Virus genome (UHGV): UHGV-0219058
Strand: one strand, 5' to 3'
Length of the DNA: 41,698 nt
From: a virus
Below the pieces are notes generated by a model that made no database searches, had not been told where the DNA came from, and was given only the letters and a program-made list of their open reading frames with translations. The first letter of the stretch is position 1, and each line of letters opens with the position of its first letter. Below, piece by piece: positions 1 through 8,010 of the stretch. Position numbers and translations under genes: made by a program.

Positions 1-963
1 AACCAATCAACGCAGAAATCTTTACGTTTCGGAGAGGCTGTTGATATTTTCCTGATTATTTATAAAAGAAAAGTAAAGTCATCCTCTTTTGTTTCTTTCA
101 AATCTACTGAAAAAAAAATTAGGTCAGTAATAGGTGAAGAAACTATTATCAAAAATATCGACACAAAATTTCTCAGAATGAAACTTGAGCATATGTTTTA
201 TGTTGAAAAATATTCTTTTAATTATGTGAAGAGGGTCAAAGCACTGATAATAGCAATATTAGAAAATGCAAAAGAAGAAGGATATAGTATAGATATACCT
301 AAATTTAGGTTGAATTTAAAAAAAGAGCAGGCGGAAACTGCGGAAAAGTACCTCGAACACCATGAAGTTAGGAAGATAATCAACGAACTGTCTTCTTACG
401 CTAAAAATATAAGAAAAGCCTACATGGTCGAATTTATGGTGTTAACAGGTTTACGATATGGAGAACTGATCGCTCTAAGGGAAGAGGACATGTTCGAAGG
501 ATACATTAAAGTAACAGGAACAATCGATTTTAGAAGCGGTCATTATTCTGAAGTAATTAGAACCTCTCCAAAAACGAGCGCAGCATACCGAAATGTATCA
601 TTACCAAATAGAGCAATTGATATAATAATTACCGTTCTCCAAGAAAATGAGATTTTAAGAACCACTCCAGAGTACAATGATCAAGGATATATTTTCACTA
701 ATAAAAAAGGCAACCCTATAGATTATCGCACATTCGCTCCAACTCTTAAAAGAGCTGCAAAAGTTTGTATAGACAAACCAGTGACTAGCCATTGGTTAAG
801 ACATACTCATATTTCAATTCTTGCTGAAATGAATGTCCCGATAAAAACAGTAATGGAACGTGTTGGACATACAGACGAATCAACGACCATACGAATATAT
901 ACACATGTAACTAACAAAATGCAAACAAATTTAATTGACCAACTCAATACGGTGTATATATGA
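1..963 (+). CDS. int: Tyrosine recombinase / phage integrase, C-terminal portion; 5' partial, as the frame is open from base 1.
   Basis: No stop codon from position 1 in frame with the 178..963 ORF. The catalytic region has WLRHTHISIL and VGHTDESTTIRIYTHV (R..HxxR..Y style tyrosine-recombinase motifs). The N-terminal part in the window resembles the integrase core-binding (SAM-like) domain. Confidence 0.85.
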   Translation, partial: NQSTQKSLRFGEAVDIFLIIYKRKVKSSSFVSFKSTEKKIRSVIGEETIIKNIDTKFLRMKLEHMFYVEKYSFNYVKRVKALIIAILENAKEEGYSIDIPKFRLNLKKEQAETAEKYLEHHEVRKIINELSSYAKNIRKAYMVEFMVLTGLRYGELIALREEDMFEGYIKVTGTIDFRSGHYSEVIRTSPKTSAAYRNVSLPNRAIDIIITVLQENEILRTTPEYNDQGYIFTNKKGNPIDYRTFAPTLKRAAKVCIDKPVTSHWLRHTHISILAEMNVPIKTVMERVGHTDESTTIRIYTHVTNKMQTNLIDQLNTVYI

Positions 964-966
964 AAA

Positions 967-985
967 TGCCCCTTTTCTGCCCCTT
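967..985. repeat. Tandem TGCCCCTT motifs (tgccccttttctgcccctt), copy set 1; candidate integrase arm-type site near attP.
   Basis: A near-identical 19-nt block recurs at 1173..1191. Both flank the AT-rich region immediately 3' of int. Confidence 0.4.
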
Positions 986-1003
986 GAAGAAATAAATTGC
1001 AAT

Positions 1004-1040
1004 AAAAAAACCGCTAGATTGTTTATCTCTAGCGGTTTTC
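1004..1040 (+). terminator. Rho-independent terminator downstream of the integrase.
   Basis: A-run, 8-bp stem ccgctaga / tctagcgg with a 9-nt loop, followed by ttttc. Confidence 0.7.
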
Positions 1041-1172
1041 TCTCAATTTTAGTACAACTCCAAGTATTGTTTAAATCATCTTGGAGACATTGTATAGTGT
1101 TCTATAAACTCTAATATATAAGCTTTTTACTCTTTATTCGAATAATATGTTTATATAACATTTTACAACCCT

Positions 1173-1191
1173 TGCCCCTTTTTTGCCCCTT
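1173..1191. repeat. Tandem TGCCCCTT motifs (tgccccttttttgcccctt), copy set 2.
   Basis: Direct repeat of 967..985, about 205 bp downstream. Confidence 0.4.
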
Positions 1192-1231
1192 TAAATAGCA
1201 TAAAAAACTAAATAATTAATCTGGTGTTCGC

Positions 1232-1260
1232 TTTACAACAAGAACAAACGTTCGTATAAT
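1232..1260 (+). promoter_or_regulatory. Sigma-70-like promoter, TTTACA-N17-TATAAT, driving the two-gene moron cassette.
   Basis: -35 tttaca at 1232..1237, 17-nt spacer, -10 tataat at 1255..1260. RBS aaggagtg at 1267..1274 and ATG at 1281. Confidence 0.65.
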
Positions 1261-1280
1261 TCTTGCAAGGAGTGATTGAT

Positions 1281-1571
1281 ATGCAAATACCATTAGCGCA
1301 TCAAAGAACCTACGCATTAGAAAGATACTACTACGAGTTTATCGAGAGAATGGGTCCAGCGCACCTGCTATATGAACAGTTTGCTAAAACCATGCAAAAT
1401 TTTGGTAAGCCGTATTTTACCGTCCCCGTCAGTTATAGCGGATATTCGGAAGAACTGGCGTTTGTATTCAAGATCGATGGCGAAGATTACTTATTTGATC
1501 ATGTTAGGACACAAGACAAAATACTTCGAAGATATGATTCTAGCATTAAGTATAAGCCCGGCGGTAACTGA
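1281..1571 (+). CDS. Hypothetical protein of about 96 aa; first gene of a promoter-driven two-gene cassette in moron position.
   Basis: ORF 1263..1571 begins at a TTG. The first ATG at 1281 sits 7 nt after the AAGGAGTG RBS. No recognisable domain. Confidence 0.55.
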   Translation: MQIPLAHQRTYALERYYYEFIERMGPAHLLYEQFAKTMQNFGKPYFTVPVSYSGYSEELAFVFKIDGEDYLFDHVRTQDKILRRYDSSIKYKPGGN

Positions 1572-1572
1572 T

Positions 1573-1764
1573 ATGAACATAATCAGTCAATATGAGCAGG
1601 GCTACCTATCTTTCTCTGAGTTTATAAATGAATTTCCGGACTCGATTTCTGAATCACAAGAGTGCTTGTTTGGAGCAGAGTGTGTCGAATTTTATGTTAA
1701 TGTCACGTTAGGCAAAACTGATTACCTTTTTTATATTCAGCCTTATGGCAGTATTACTATTTAA
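1573..1764 (+). CDS. Hypothetical protein of 63 aa, translationally coupled to the upstream gene (TGAtATG).
   Basis: ATG at 1573 lies 1 nt after the stop of 1281..1571. The frame matches the tail of ORF 1372..1764, whose upstream portion overlaps the first gene and is discarded. Confidence 0.5.
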   Translation: MNIISQYEQGYLSFSEFINEFPDSISESQECLFGAECVEFYVNVTLGKTDYLFYIQPYGSITI

Positions 1765-1869
1765 TCTAAATAAAAAAAGGACTATCTTATTGTGTCAATT
1801 TTTTGATACAATGTACCAAGAGAATCACTATTTTTAGTTTAAAATAGTAATACAAAACGGGTTGATGAA

Positions 1870-3291
1870 ATGAGGAGTGGTATTTTGTATTTAATAATCT
1901 TTTTGTTACATGGGTTAGCCTACAATAATCCAAGTATGCAAATATTAACATTTGGAGTCAGTTCAATTTTCTTTTTTCTAAAATATAGGTACTTAAAGAA
2001 AAGCGTAGCCCACATGTCGACTAGATTTGTTCTATTAATGGCCTATTCTCTTCCTTTTTCATGGCGATCGATCATAGCAGGTGATTATGGGGCATTACCA
2101 CTATCTTGGTTCTATTTATTCGGGCTTTTTTTCATAGTCAGTCTAATACTAGTGAAAAGAAAATGGGTTATTCCTAAAAATATGTTGCCGATTTTATTAA
2201 CGTCTATATTCGTTTTAATATTTTCGATAATTCCGATCTTAAATTCCAATCCCGATTTTCGTTCACAAGCGATTAGTCAATTTATTGTTATAATGTTTAA
2301 TTTTGTTATGATTCTTTCTTCTTTATTTGTATTAAATACGATGAATGAGCAAGATATTTTGAAATTTAAAAAAATATTCGTCTTAGGCGGCTACTACACT
2401 GGATTAATGCTGGTTTTACAATTTGCTCTATTCAAATTGGCAAACTTTGAGTTTGGTAAAATAGATTTTTTATTAAATAGAGAGCTATACTACTACTTGT
2501 TTACCGATGTATCGCACGGTACTCTGTACCTCGCTTTAACAATATTTTGCGCTTTCGACATGTTTAAACAATTGAAACGATCGGATAAGCTTAAATATTT
2601 ATTTTTTATTATAATAAGTCTGACTGGAGCAGCCTTAACTTCTGCTAGAACAGGCCTTGTAATTCTATTTGCTTTCCTTTTTGTTTATATTCTATTTAAA
2701 CAAAAAGGGTTTTTAAAGAAAACATTATCTATTATAAGCTTTGGTTTATTGCTATATGTATCCGTAAATATCTTTTTGATTGTCAGACCTCAAACTGACC
2801 TTGCTTCTGCTTTTTCTGGTTCTGGTCGAATTGAAGGATATCTGTCAGCGCTAGATTTCCTGTTTAAAAAACCCTTAATAGGATATGGATTTTCAAGAGA
2901 CTATATTTCGAACTTGCTTGGTTATGACATCCCTCATTTATCCATTCTTCAATACTCTATACATGGCGGTATATTTTATGCTTTAATTATGTACTATAAC
3001 CAATTTCTGATATTTTTATATTCGGCTAAACGTAATAGTACTTTTGCATGGCTAATAGCAATCGTAATTGTTGGGACATGTTTAATTCCTGACATGTTCG
3101 CAACCAGATTTTTAACAATAATTGTAATGGTCGCTCTTATGGAAACCTCATCTTATGAGGTTTCTTTTTTTGCAAAAAAGCCCCCTACTCCAAAGAGTAA
3201 GGGGTATTTGTTTATACTACTGCTGAGTATCTACGGTTTCCAGAAGCACCAATCCAACTCAACCATACATATCCACCGGCAACTACCTTAG
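1870..3291 (+). CDS. Polytopic membrane protein of the O-antigen ligase/polymerase (Wzy/WaaL-like) family; candidate lysogenic-conversion (surface polysaccharide modifying) moron.
   Basis: More than 10 predicted hydrophobic helices. LTSARTGLV (SRTG-type motif), PLIGYGF, and a conserved-looking HxxxxxxYxxHGG stretch near the C-terminus, as seen in Wzy_C / O-antigen ligase domains. The ORF reads through a terminator-like hairpin at 3143..3171, so its true 3' end is uncertain. Confidence 0.5.
   Translation: MRSGILYLIIFLLHGLAYNNPSMQILTFGVSSIFFFLKYRYLKKSVAHMSTRFVLLMAYSLPFSWRSIIAGDYGALPLSWFYLFGLFFIVSLILVKRKWVIPKNMLPILLTSIFVLIFSIIPILNSNPDFRSQAISQFIVIMFNFVMILSSLFVLNTMNEQDILKFKKIFVLGGYYTGLMLVLQFALFKLANFEFGKIDFLLNRELYYYLFTDVSHGTLYLALTIFCAFDMFKQLKRSDKLKYLFFIIISLTGAALTSARTGLVILFAFLFVYILFKQKGFLKKTLSIISFGLLLYVSVNIFLIVRPQTDLASAFSGSGRIEGYLSALDFLFKKPLIGYGFSRDYISNLLGYDIPHLSILQYSIHGGIFYALIMYYNQFLIFLYSAKRNSTFAWLIAIVIVGTCLIPDMFATRFLTIIVMVALMETSSYEVSFFAKKPPTPKSKGYLFILLLSIYGFQKHQSNSTIHIHRQLP
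3143..3171 (+). terminator. Rho-independent terminator for plus-strand moron transcription.
   Basis: 9-bp stem aaacctcat / atgaggttt with loop ctt, followed by a T7 run. Confidence 0.65.
3174..3205 (-). terminator. Rho-independent terminator downstream of the endolysin, ending the late lytic operon.
   Basis: On the minus strand: hairpin cccc+tactc / gagta+gggg with a 1-nt bulge, followed by cttttttgc. Confidence 0.6.
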
Positions 3292-4195
3292 AATCATAGT
3301 TAACTGTTTGACCGACAGACCACATCCCAACATTCGCTGAAGAAGTAGATGCGCTAGCACGAATAATAGTGTTAACAGTAAACTTGTAGCTTCCTTTATT
3401 CGGCAAATTTGCACCTTTTAATGACGCGCTACTATTCGAATTACTAGAACTATTGTTAGATGCAGATTCTAGGTCTTGCCCTAGTACCCAGGAATTGATA
3501 CCTTCTAACAGAAAAGCGTATTTGGATCGTGACTGATTTACTTCTTTAACTTGCTTCACTTTATACGTTGATCCTTTTACAAAGCTAGCGATTGACTGTC
3601 CTGTCTGATAATGAGTAGCACTAGTCTTCACTTTAACAGATGAACCAATAGCGTATTTGATTATCACAGTTGAATTTGACGATTCAGAATTATTATTCGA
3701 TGTGCTATCTCCGTTGTAATATTTTTTGATTTGATCTACGAAATACTGTTTGATAGCTACTACACCTTTTCCGTGCAGGTCCCACGCTCTATGAGGACAA
3801 GATGTAGAACTCAACTCACGATGTAAAGGAAAAACAGCTGAAGCAGGGTTTAAACCGTACTTCTTACACAAATCAGCAGCCAGTTTAAATGCTTTTTGTT
3901 CATTCGCAAGATATGTGGATTCATTACCCATAGATTGACATATTTCAATCCCCAAGTAATAAGCATTACCTTTGCTGTTGCCTGTATGCCACGCTTTGTT
4001 GCTATCCTTCTCAGCTTGGTATGTTCCATCGCTAGCAACATAGTAATGAGCAAATCCTAAAGAAGGCGTATGACTTTCTAGCCAGTTTTTATAAAATGCT
4101 GCAGTTGCACCTTGGCTTCCGGCATCATTATGCAAAACGATTGCTGTCGGATTTGATCCACGAGCGCCTGCAATTCCTGAATAACTTACTACCAT
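3212..4195 (-). CDS. Endolysin: N-acetylmuramoyl-L-alanine amidase (Amidase_2/PGRP-type) with a C-terminal cell-wall-binding region.
   Basis: N-terminal AIVLHNDAGS...FAHYYVASDG...AWHTGN...YLGIEICQS...CPHRAWD, a PGRP-type zinc-amidase signature. Last gene of the lysis cassette. Confidence 0.8.
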   Translation of the reverse strand: MVVSYSGIAGARGSNPTAIVLHNDAGSQGATAAFYKNWLESHTPSLGFAHYYVASDGTYQAEKDSNKAWHTGNSKGNAYYLGIEICQSMGNESTYLANEQKAFKLAADLCKKYGLNPASAVFPLHRELSSTSCPHRAWDLHGKGVVAIKQYFVDQIKKYYNGDSTSNNNSESSNSTVIIKYAIGSSVKVKTSATHYQTGQSIASFVKGSTYKVKQVKEVNQSRSKYAFLLEGINSWVLGQDLESASNNSSSNSNSSASLKGANLPNKGSYKFTVNTIIRASASTSSANVGMWSVGQTVNYDSKVVAGGYVWLSWIGASGNRRYSAVV

Positions 4196-4504
4196 TTATA
4201 ACACCTCCACTAATTTATGATTTGGCAATGATAACATTTGACATTCTAATTCAATCTTGGTAAAGATTTCATTCGATCTTAAAACCTTGTATTTTCCTGT
4301 TAAGTAAAAGAAGTCACCAACTTGAAACCCGTCAAATTCTTTAGGTAGTCCATCCATGGTAACCTCTTTAAATCCATTTTCTTCGTACTGATCGACTGTT
4401 TCAGTTTCTCCTTTTTCGAATGGATCTAACTGAACATATTCTTCTCCAACTTCTTTAACTTGTAATTTTCCGAGTACAGTTACATATGATCCTTCTTTGA
4501 ACAT
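4196..4504 (-). CDS. Hypothetical soluble protein of 102 aa located between holin and endolysin.
   Basis: ORF abutting the lysin start. Acidic, no TM segment, no recognisable motif. Confidence 0.5.
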   Translation of the reverse strand: MFKEGSYVTVLGKLQVKEVGEEYVQLDPFEKGETETVDQYEENGFKEVTMDGLPKEFDGFQVGDFFYLTGKYKVLRSNEIFTKIELECQMLSLPNHKLVEVL

Positions 4505-4539
4505 TATTATTCCTCCTTTGGATATAGAAAAAGAGCGGC

Positions 4540-4875
4540 TTATTCAGCCACTCCTTGGTCAACGCCATCTTTCATCCCTTTTACTGCTGATTCGATTAAC
4601 AGATTCAGCTCGTCTTCAGTGAACTTGATGCCGTTCTTGTTAAACAAGTCTACTAACTGAGCTTTGGCTTCTTGTAACTTAGCATCTCCGTTTGCTTCTG
4701 CGTAAACTTGCTGAACCGCTGATACAACGATCGCCACATAGTTCTTCTTGCTTTCCAACTGAGCTAAGACACCTTTCTTCTTCAAGTATTCTGAACCCTT
4801 TTGGCCAATAAATGCTGCCACCAAACCAACCACAACAATCAATAAATTTAACAACGCATCTTGTAATGCTTCCAT
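4540..4875 (-). CDS. Holin (small membrane protein).
   Basis: N-terminal hydrophobic helix LLNLLIVVVGLVAAFIG, charged C-terminal tail, position immediately upstream of the lysin. Confidence 0.65.
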   Translation of the reverse strand: MEALQDALLNLLIVVVGLVAAFIGQKGSEYLKKKGVLAQLESKKNYVAIVVSAVQQVYAEANGDAKLQEAKAQLVDLFNKNGIKFTEDELNLLIESAVKGMKDGVDQGVAE

Positions 4876-5283
4876 CTAAATTCCACCTTTCAAAATAGTG
4901 TTCTCATTTTTCAGTGTTTCGTTTTCTCCTTCGAGTTCTTGAATGCGTTCATCACGTTCTTCAACTTGCAACTCAAGAAACCCAATTTGTTCCTTGTACG
5001 CCGTCACTTGCTTCTCGTGTTCTTCCTTAAACTCCCTAAATTCTGATCGAACCGCTGCTAGTTCGTCTTTGAACTCCTTCACTTGCAACCGATAACCTTC
5101 AATAATGTTCCCCATGTTTTGGATATACAAAGCTTCGGCGTTGTTATCCCCTTCTGTCTTAACTTCTTCAACCTTATTCTTTCCCTGCACTTTAGCCACT
5201 AATTTCGGACCGTATACCGCCGAAAGAAAAACGCCGATAATTGTCATGATTTGCGGAAAACCGCTGGTCCAAAATCTATCCAT
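4876..5283 (-). CDS. Membrane-anchored coiled-coil protein (N-terminal TM followed by a long heptad-rich helix); lysis-cassette accessory.
   Basis: N-terminal IMTIIGVFLSAVYG TM segment, then E/K-rich coiled coil (LQVEERDERIQELEGENETLKNEN). Confidence 0.5.
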   Translation of the reverse strand: MDRFWTSGFPQIMTIIGVFLSAVYGPKLVAKVQGKNKVEEVKTEGDNNAEALYIQNMGNIIEGYRLQVKEFKDELAAVRSEFREFKEEHEKQVTAYKEQIGFLELQVEERDERIQELEGENETLKNENTILKGGI

Positions 5284-5707
5284 CTACTTCATCCTTTATA
5301 ATTATTTCCTGTTGATGTGCCTTCAGGATATTTGTGCTCATTAGCGCTATTGTGAAGCAATAAATCCACGATGGATTAGTACTTCCATCTATGAAAGTGA
5401 CCAAGAAACAAGAGCCTAAAAGAAGCCACAGAAACAGCAATACGAAGTACAGAGGGAGTTTGAGATACACATTATCAATTATCAATCCAAACACTTTCAA
5501 AGCACCTATGATGATAAACATCAAACCAAAATAACGACCACCAACAACTCCGAAGATGTTATTGATAGCCGCATAAGCGTTTGAATATGAAAGAATGTTC
5601 GAATTGAAGAAGTGATAGAATCCATAGGCGATTGATCCTATAGAGAATGTGAAAGAGGTGCTTCTTTTATTGACGTAACTACTAACTATTTCAATGTATT
5701 TTCTCAC
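5276..5707 (-). CDS. Integral membrane protein with about 4 TM helices; unknown function (holin-like or exclusion protein).
   Basis: Four hydrophobic stretches of about 20 aa each. Lies between the tail fibre and the holin region. Confidence 0.5.
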   Translation of the reverse strand: MRKYIEIVSSYVNKRSTSFTFSIGSIAYGFYHFFNSNILSYSNAYAAINNIFGVVGGRYFGLMFIIIGALKVFGLIIDNVYLKLPLYFVLLFLWLLLGSCFLVTFIDGSTNPSWIYCFTIALMSTNILKAHQQEIIIKDEVDG

Positions 5708-5755
5708 TCATTAAACACCAACTTTCTAAAAAGAATGCATAATTATGATTTGCGA

Positions 5756-8008
5756 CTAATTTAAATTACCCATGGGCTTCCAAACACCTGGATAACCACT
5801 TTCTGTACAAATCCAACCGATAGGCTGCCCTGTTGTAGGAACTGAGTTATAACAAATATCTCCTGGTTGAAAATGTCCCCATCCATTAGCTGTGTTTGGC
5901 ATAGTCTGATTGCTAATCACTCTTTTATCGCCGATTTTTCTTGGATTAAAATCTATATTGCTATCGCTATCGGAAACAACGACTTTCTGCAATGATACCG
6001 ATCCAACAAAGAAAGCTGCCAATGTTGATGCTTTAGACGGTCCAATCTTAAGTTGCAGTTTGCTTGCGCCTGAAGGGATAGTAATAATCGCCGTTTGGGT
6101 TTTATATCCAGTTTTATTTCCCTCTGGAGCTCTAAACATAGAAATATGGATATTTCCCTCTGGAATAGTATTTCCAGAAGAATCCATAAATAGTAAGCCT
6201 GCCATTAATGAAATCCAAACCGATCCTGTCGGATATGATGCCGACCCATATATAGTCAAAACAAATGTGTCACCTTCAGAAACATCAATTGTGTACTCTT
6301 TTTTAGAGCCATCAATTGATGTCATTTTAGGCTTAAAAGTACAAGCTTGAGCAGTTGAATCTCTTGTCCCAATTCTAAGCGTTTTTCCTCCAGCATCAGT
6401 ATGGCGAGTAGTCACTGCAGACAAACCAGCTGTTGCATAATGTGATAGCCATTCTGCATTTGAAGCTGCTACACTTGCATACGATTCAAGATATGGATCT
6501 GTCAGTAAATTTTGAGTTAGAGGTAAACTATCATTGAGATTAATGTTGCCAGCATGTAAATTCCCGTTAAGATTAATCCCATTAATTTTATTAACTTTAC
6601 AATTAATAAATGTTACATCTAATCCTCTGTACTCAACAACTTCGATATCGCAATTTTCAATCAACAAGTTTTCTACTCCATCATTTGTCAAAGAGTTATT
6701 CAACAAACTAAGCTTATTGATTTTCATGTTTTTTAGTACGACATTTCTTATCGGATCAATAGAGGTATTCGGCTCAAAGTTTATATGAAGCGTATCTTTT
6801 GATGAAAAACAGCTGTCAATCACGATATTTTCACATCCATCAAGAATTGCAATGTCACTTTGTGTATTATCGAAAAAATCACAATTTGTGATTCTTATGT
6901 CTTTTGAATGTTCTAAATATAGCCCCCATGAGTTAGGAGTATTCGACGTATGTCTAAACCCTTCAAAAACACAATCACGAATACTTACTCTTTCTGATCC
7001 GGTTAGATCGCCACGATTCCACTCTAAATTTTCTTCATTTGATTTAAAATGAATATTGCTAATTGTAGTATCATTGCCAAAACCTAATAGGACTACTGAC
7101 TCACCTTGTTCATGAGAAAGATTAACAGTGGTGTCGTTAGCACCAATATATTCTATATTTGAAATTGCTTGAAATTTAGGGATACTGTATTTTCCATCGG
7201 GGAAATAAATCTTGTTTGAAATTTTCTCCGCTTCACTTTTAGCCTGGTCGGAATTTTGCTGACCTGTACTATCTGCACCCAGCCACTTGACATTAACTGC
7301 TCTTTCAGCTGCTTCGTTATACACTCTTTTCATAAAAGATAATTCAGACTCAAAAGAGCGGAAATCACTGTTTCGCCCGAATTGGTTATCAAGCCTAGCT
7401 GGTAAGTCTGTGTAAGATTCATCTGATTCAGCTGGTTTTCTTGACCTTATAACCTCGCTCAACAAGATGCCACCCGGGTCAATAGATTCAAGAATGTCTC
7501 TGTTTTGTTCAACAAACTCTTCCCACGATTTTTTTCCCGATTCTTGATATTCCAAAAATTGGCGATATAATTCTTTAAATGTCCACCAATAATTAGAATC
7601 TTTAAAAGGCTGAGTATAAATCGATCGTTCTACTGTATAGTAAAACGATCTAGTGCTAAATTGTTCAATCCATTCTCCGTTAGATAGTTCTTCTCTAAAA
7701 CTAAAGTATGCTTCGTTTCTACCAACCATTTGCATCGCATTGGCAGAAACAGTGTATTTCAAAGTTCCTTTAGAACCATCGTATGCTGCCACAGGCTCTT
7801 CGGATACACCCTGACCCGTGATTTCTCTTGCCATTAGACAGAAAAAAGGTTTTAATCCCTCGAAATTTTTAATCATACCATGCTCTAATATCACGGCATC
7901 AAAGACTTGTGTCTCATCATCCGCCTGGCGTACCTTAATATCTCCAACTAAATTGAAGTCGGTCGTCGATAGAGTTATTTTATGTGTTATTGTTGCCAAA
8001 TCCATCAC
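5756..8008 (-). CDS. Tail fibre / receptor-binding protein with a pectate-lyase-like right-handed beta-helix (probable polysaccharide depolymerase) domain.
   Basis: Repeated beta-helix rungs (IRDCVFEGF, IRITNCDFFDN, IVIDSCFSS, LKNMKINK, LLIENCDIEV, TFINCKVNKINGINLNG). Conserved-looking C-terminal GWICTESGYPGVW motif. Confidence 0.65.
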   Translation of the reverse strand: MMDLATITHKITLSTTDFNLVGDIKVRQADDETQVFDAVILEHGMIKNFEGLKPFFCLMAREITGQGVSEEPVAAYDGSKGTLKYTVSANAMQMVGRNEAYFSFREELSNGEWIEQFSTRSFYYTVERSIYTQPFKDSNYWWTFKELYRQFLEYQESGKKSWEEFVEQNRDILESIDPGGILLSEVIRSRKPAESDESYTDLPARLDNQFGRNSDFRSFESELSFMKRVYNEAAERAVNVKWLGADSTGQQNSDQAKSEAEKISNKIYFPDGKYSIPKFQAISNIEYIGANDTTVNLSHEQGESVVLLGFGNDTTISNIHFKSNEENLEWNRGDLTGSERVSIRDCVFEGFRHTSNTPNSWGLYLEHSKDIRITNCDFFDNTQSDIAILDGCENIVIDSCFSSKDTLHINFEPNTSIDPIRNVVLKNMKINKLSLLNNSLTNDGVENLLIENCDIEVVEYRGLDVTFINCKVNKINGINLNGNLHAGNINLNDSLPLTQNLLTDPYLESYASVAASNAEWLSHYATAGLSAVTTRHTDAGGKTLRIGTRDSTAQACTFKPKMTSIDGSKKEYTIDVSEGDTFVLTIYGSASYPTGSVWISLMAGLLFMDSSGNTIPEGNIHISMFRAPEGNKTGYKTQTAIITIPSGASKLQLKIGPSKASTLAAFFVGSVSLQKVVVSDSDSNIDFNPRKIGDKRVISNQTMPNTANGWGHFQPGDICYNSVPTTGQPIGWICTESGYPGVWKPMGNLN

Positions 8009-8010
8009 TC

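Noticed and set aside
1372-1764. Long 130-aa form of ORF 1372..1764 overlapping the first moron gene.
   Set aside because: The upstream part is a frame overlap with 1281..1571. An ATG at 1573 directly after that gene's stop (TGAtATG) gives a coupled 63-aa gene instead.
4876-5283. Assigning the TM plus coiled-coil lysis-region protein to the XhlA family.
   Set aside because: XhlA has its TM at the C-terminus; here the TM is N-terminal. The topology does not match, so only a generic description is given.
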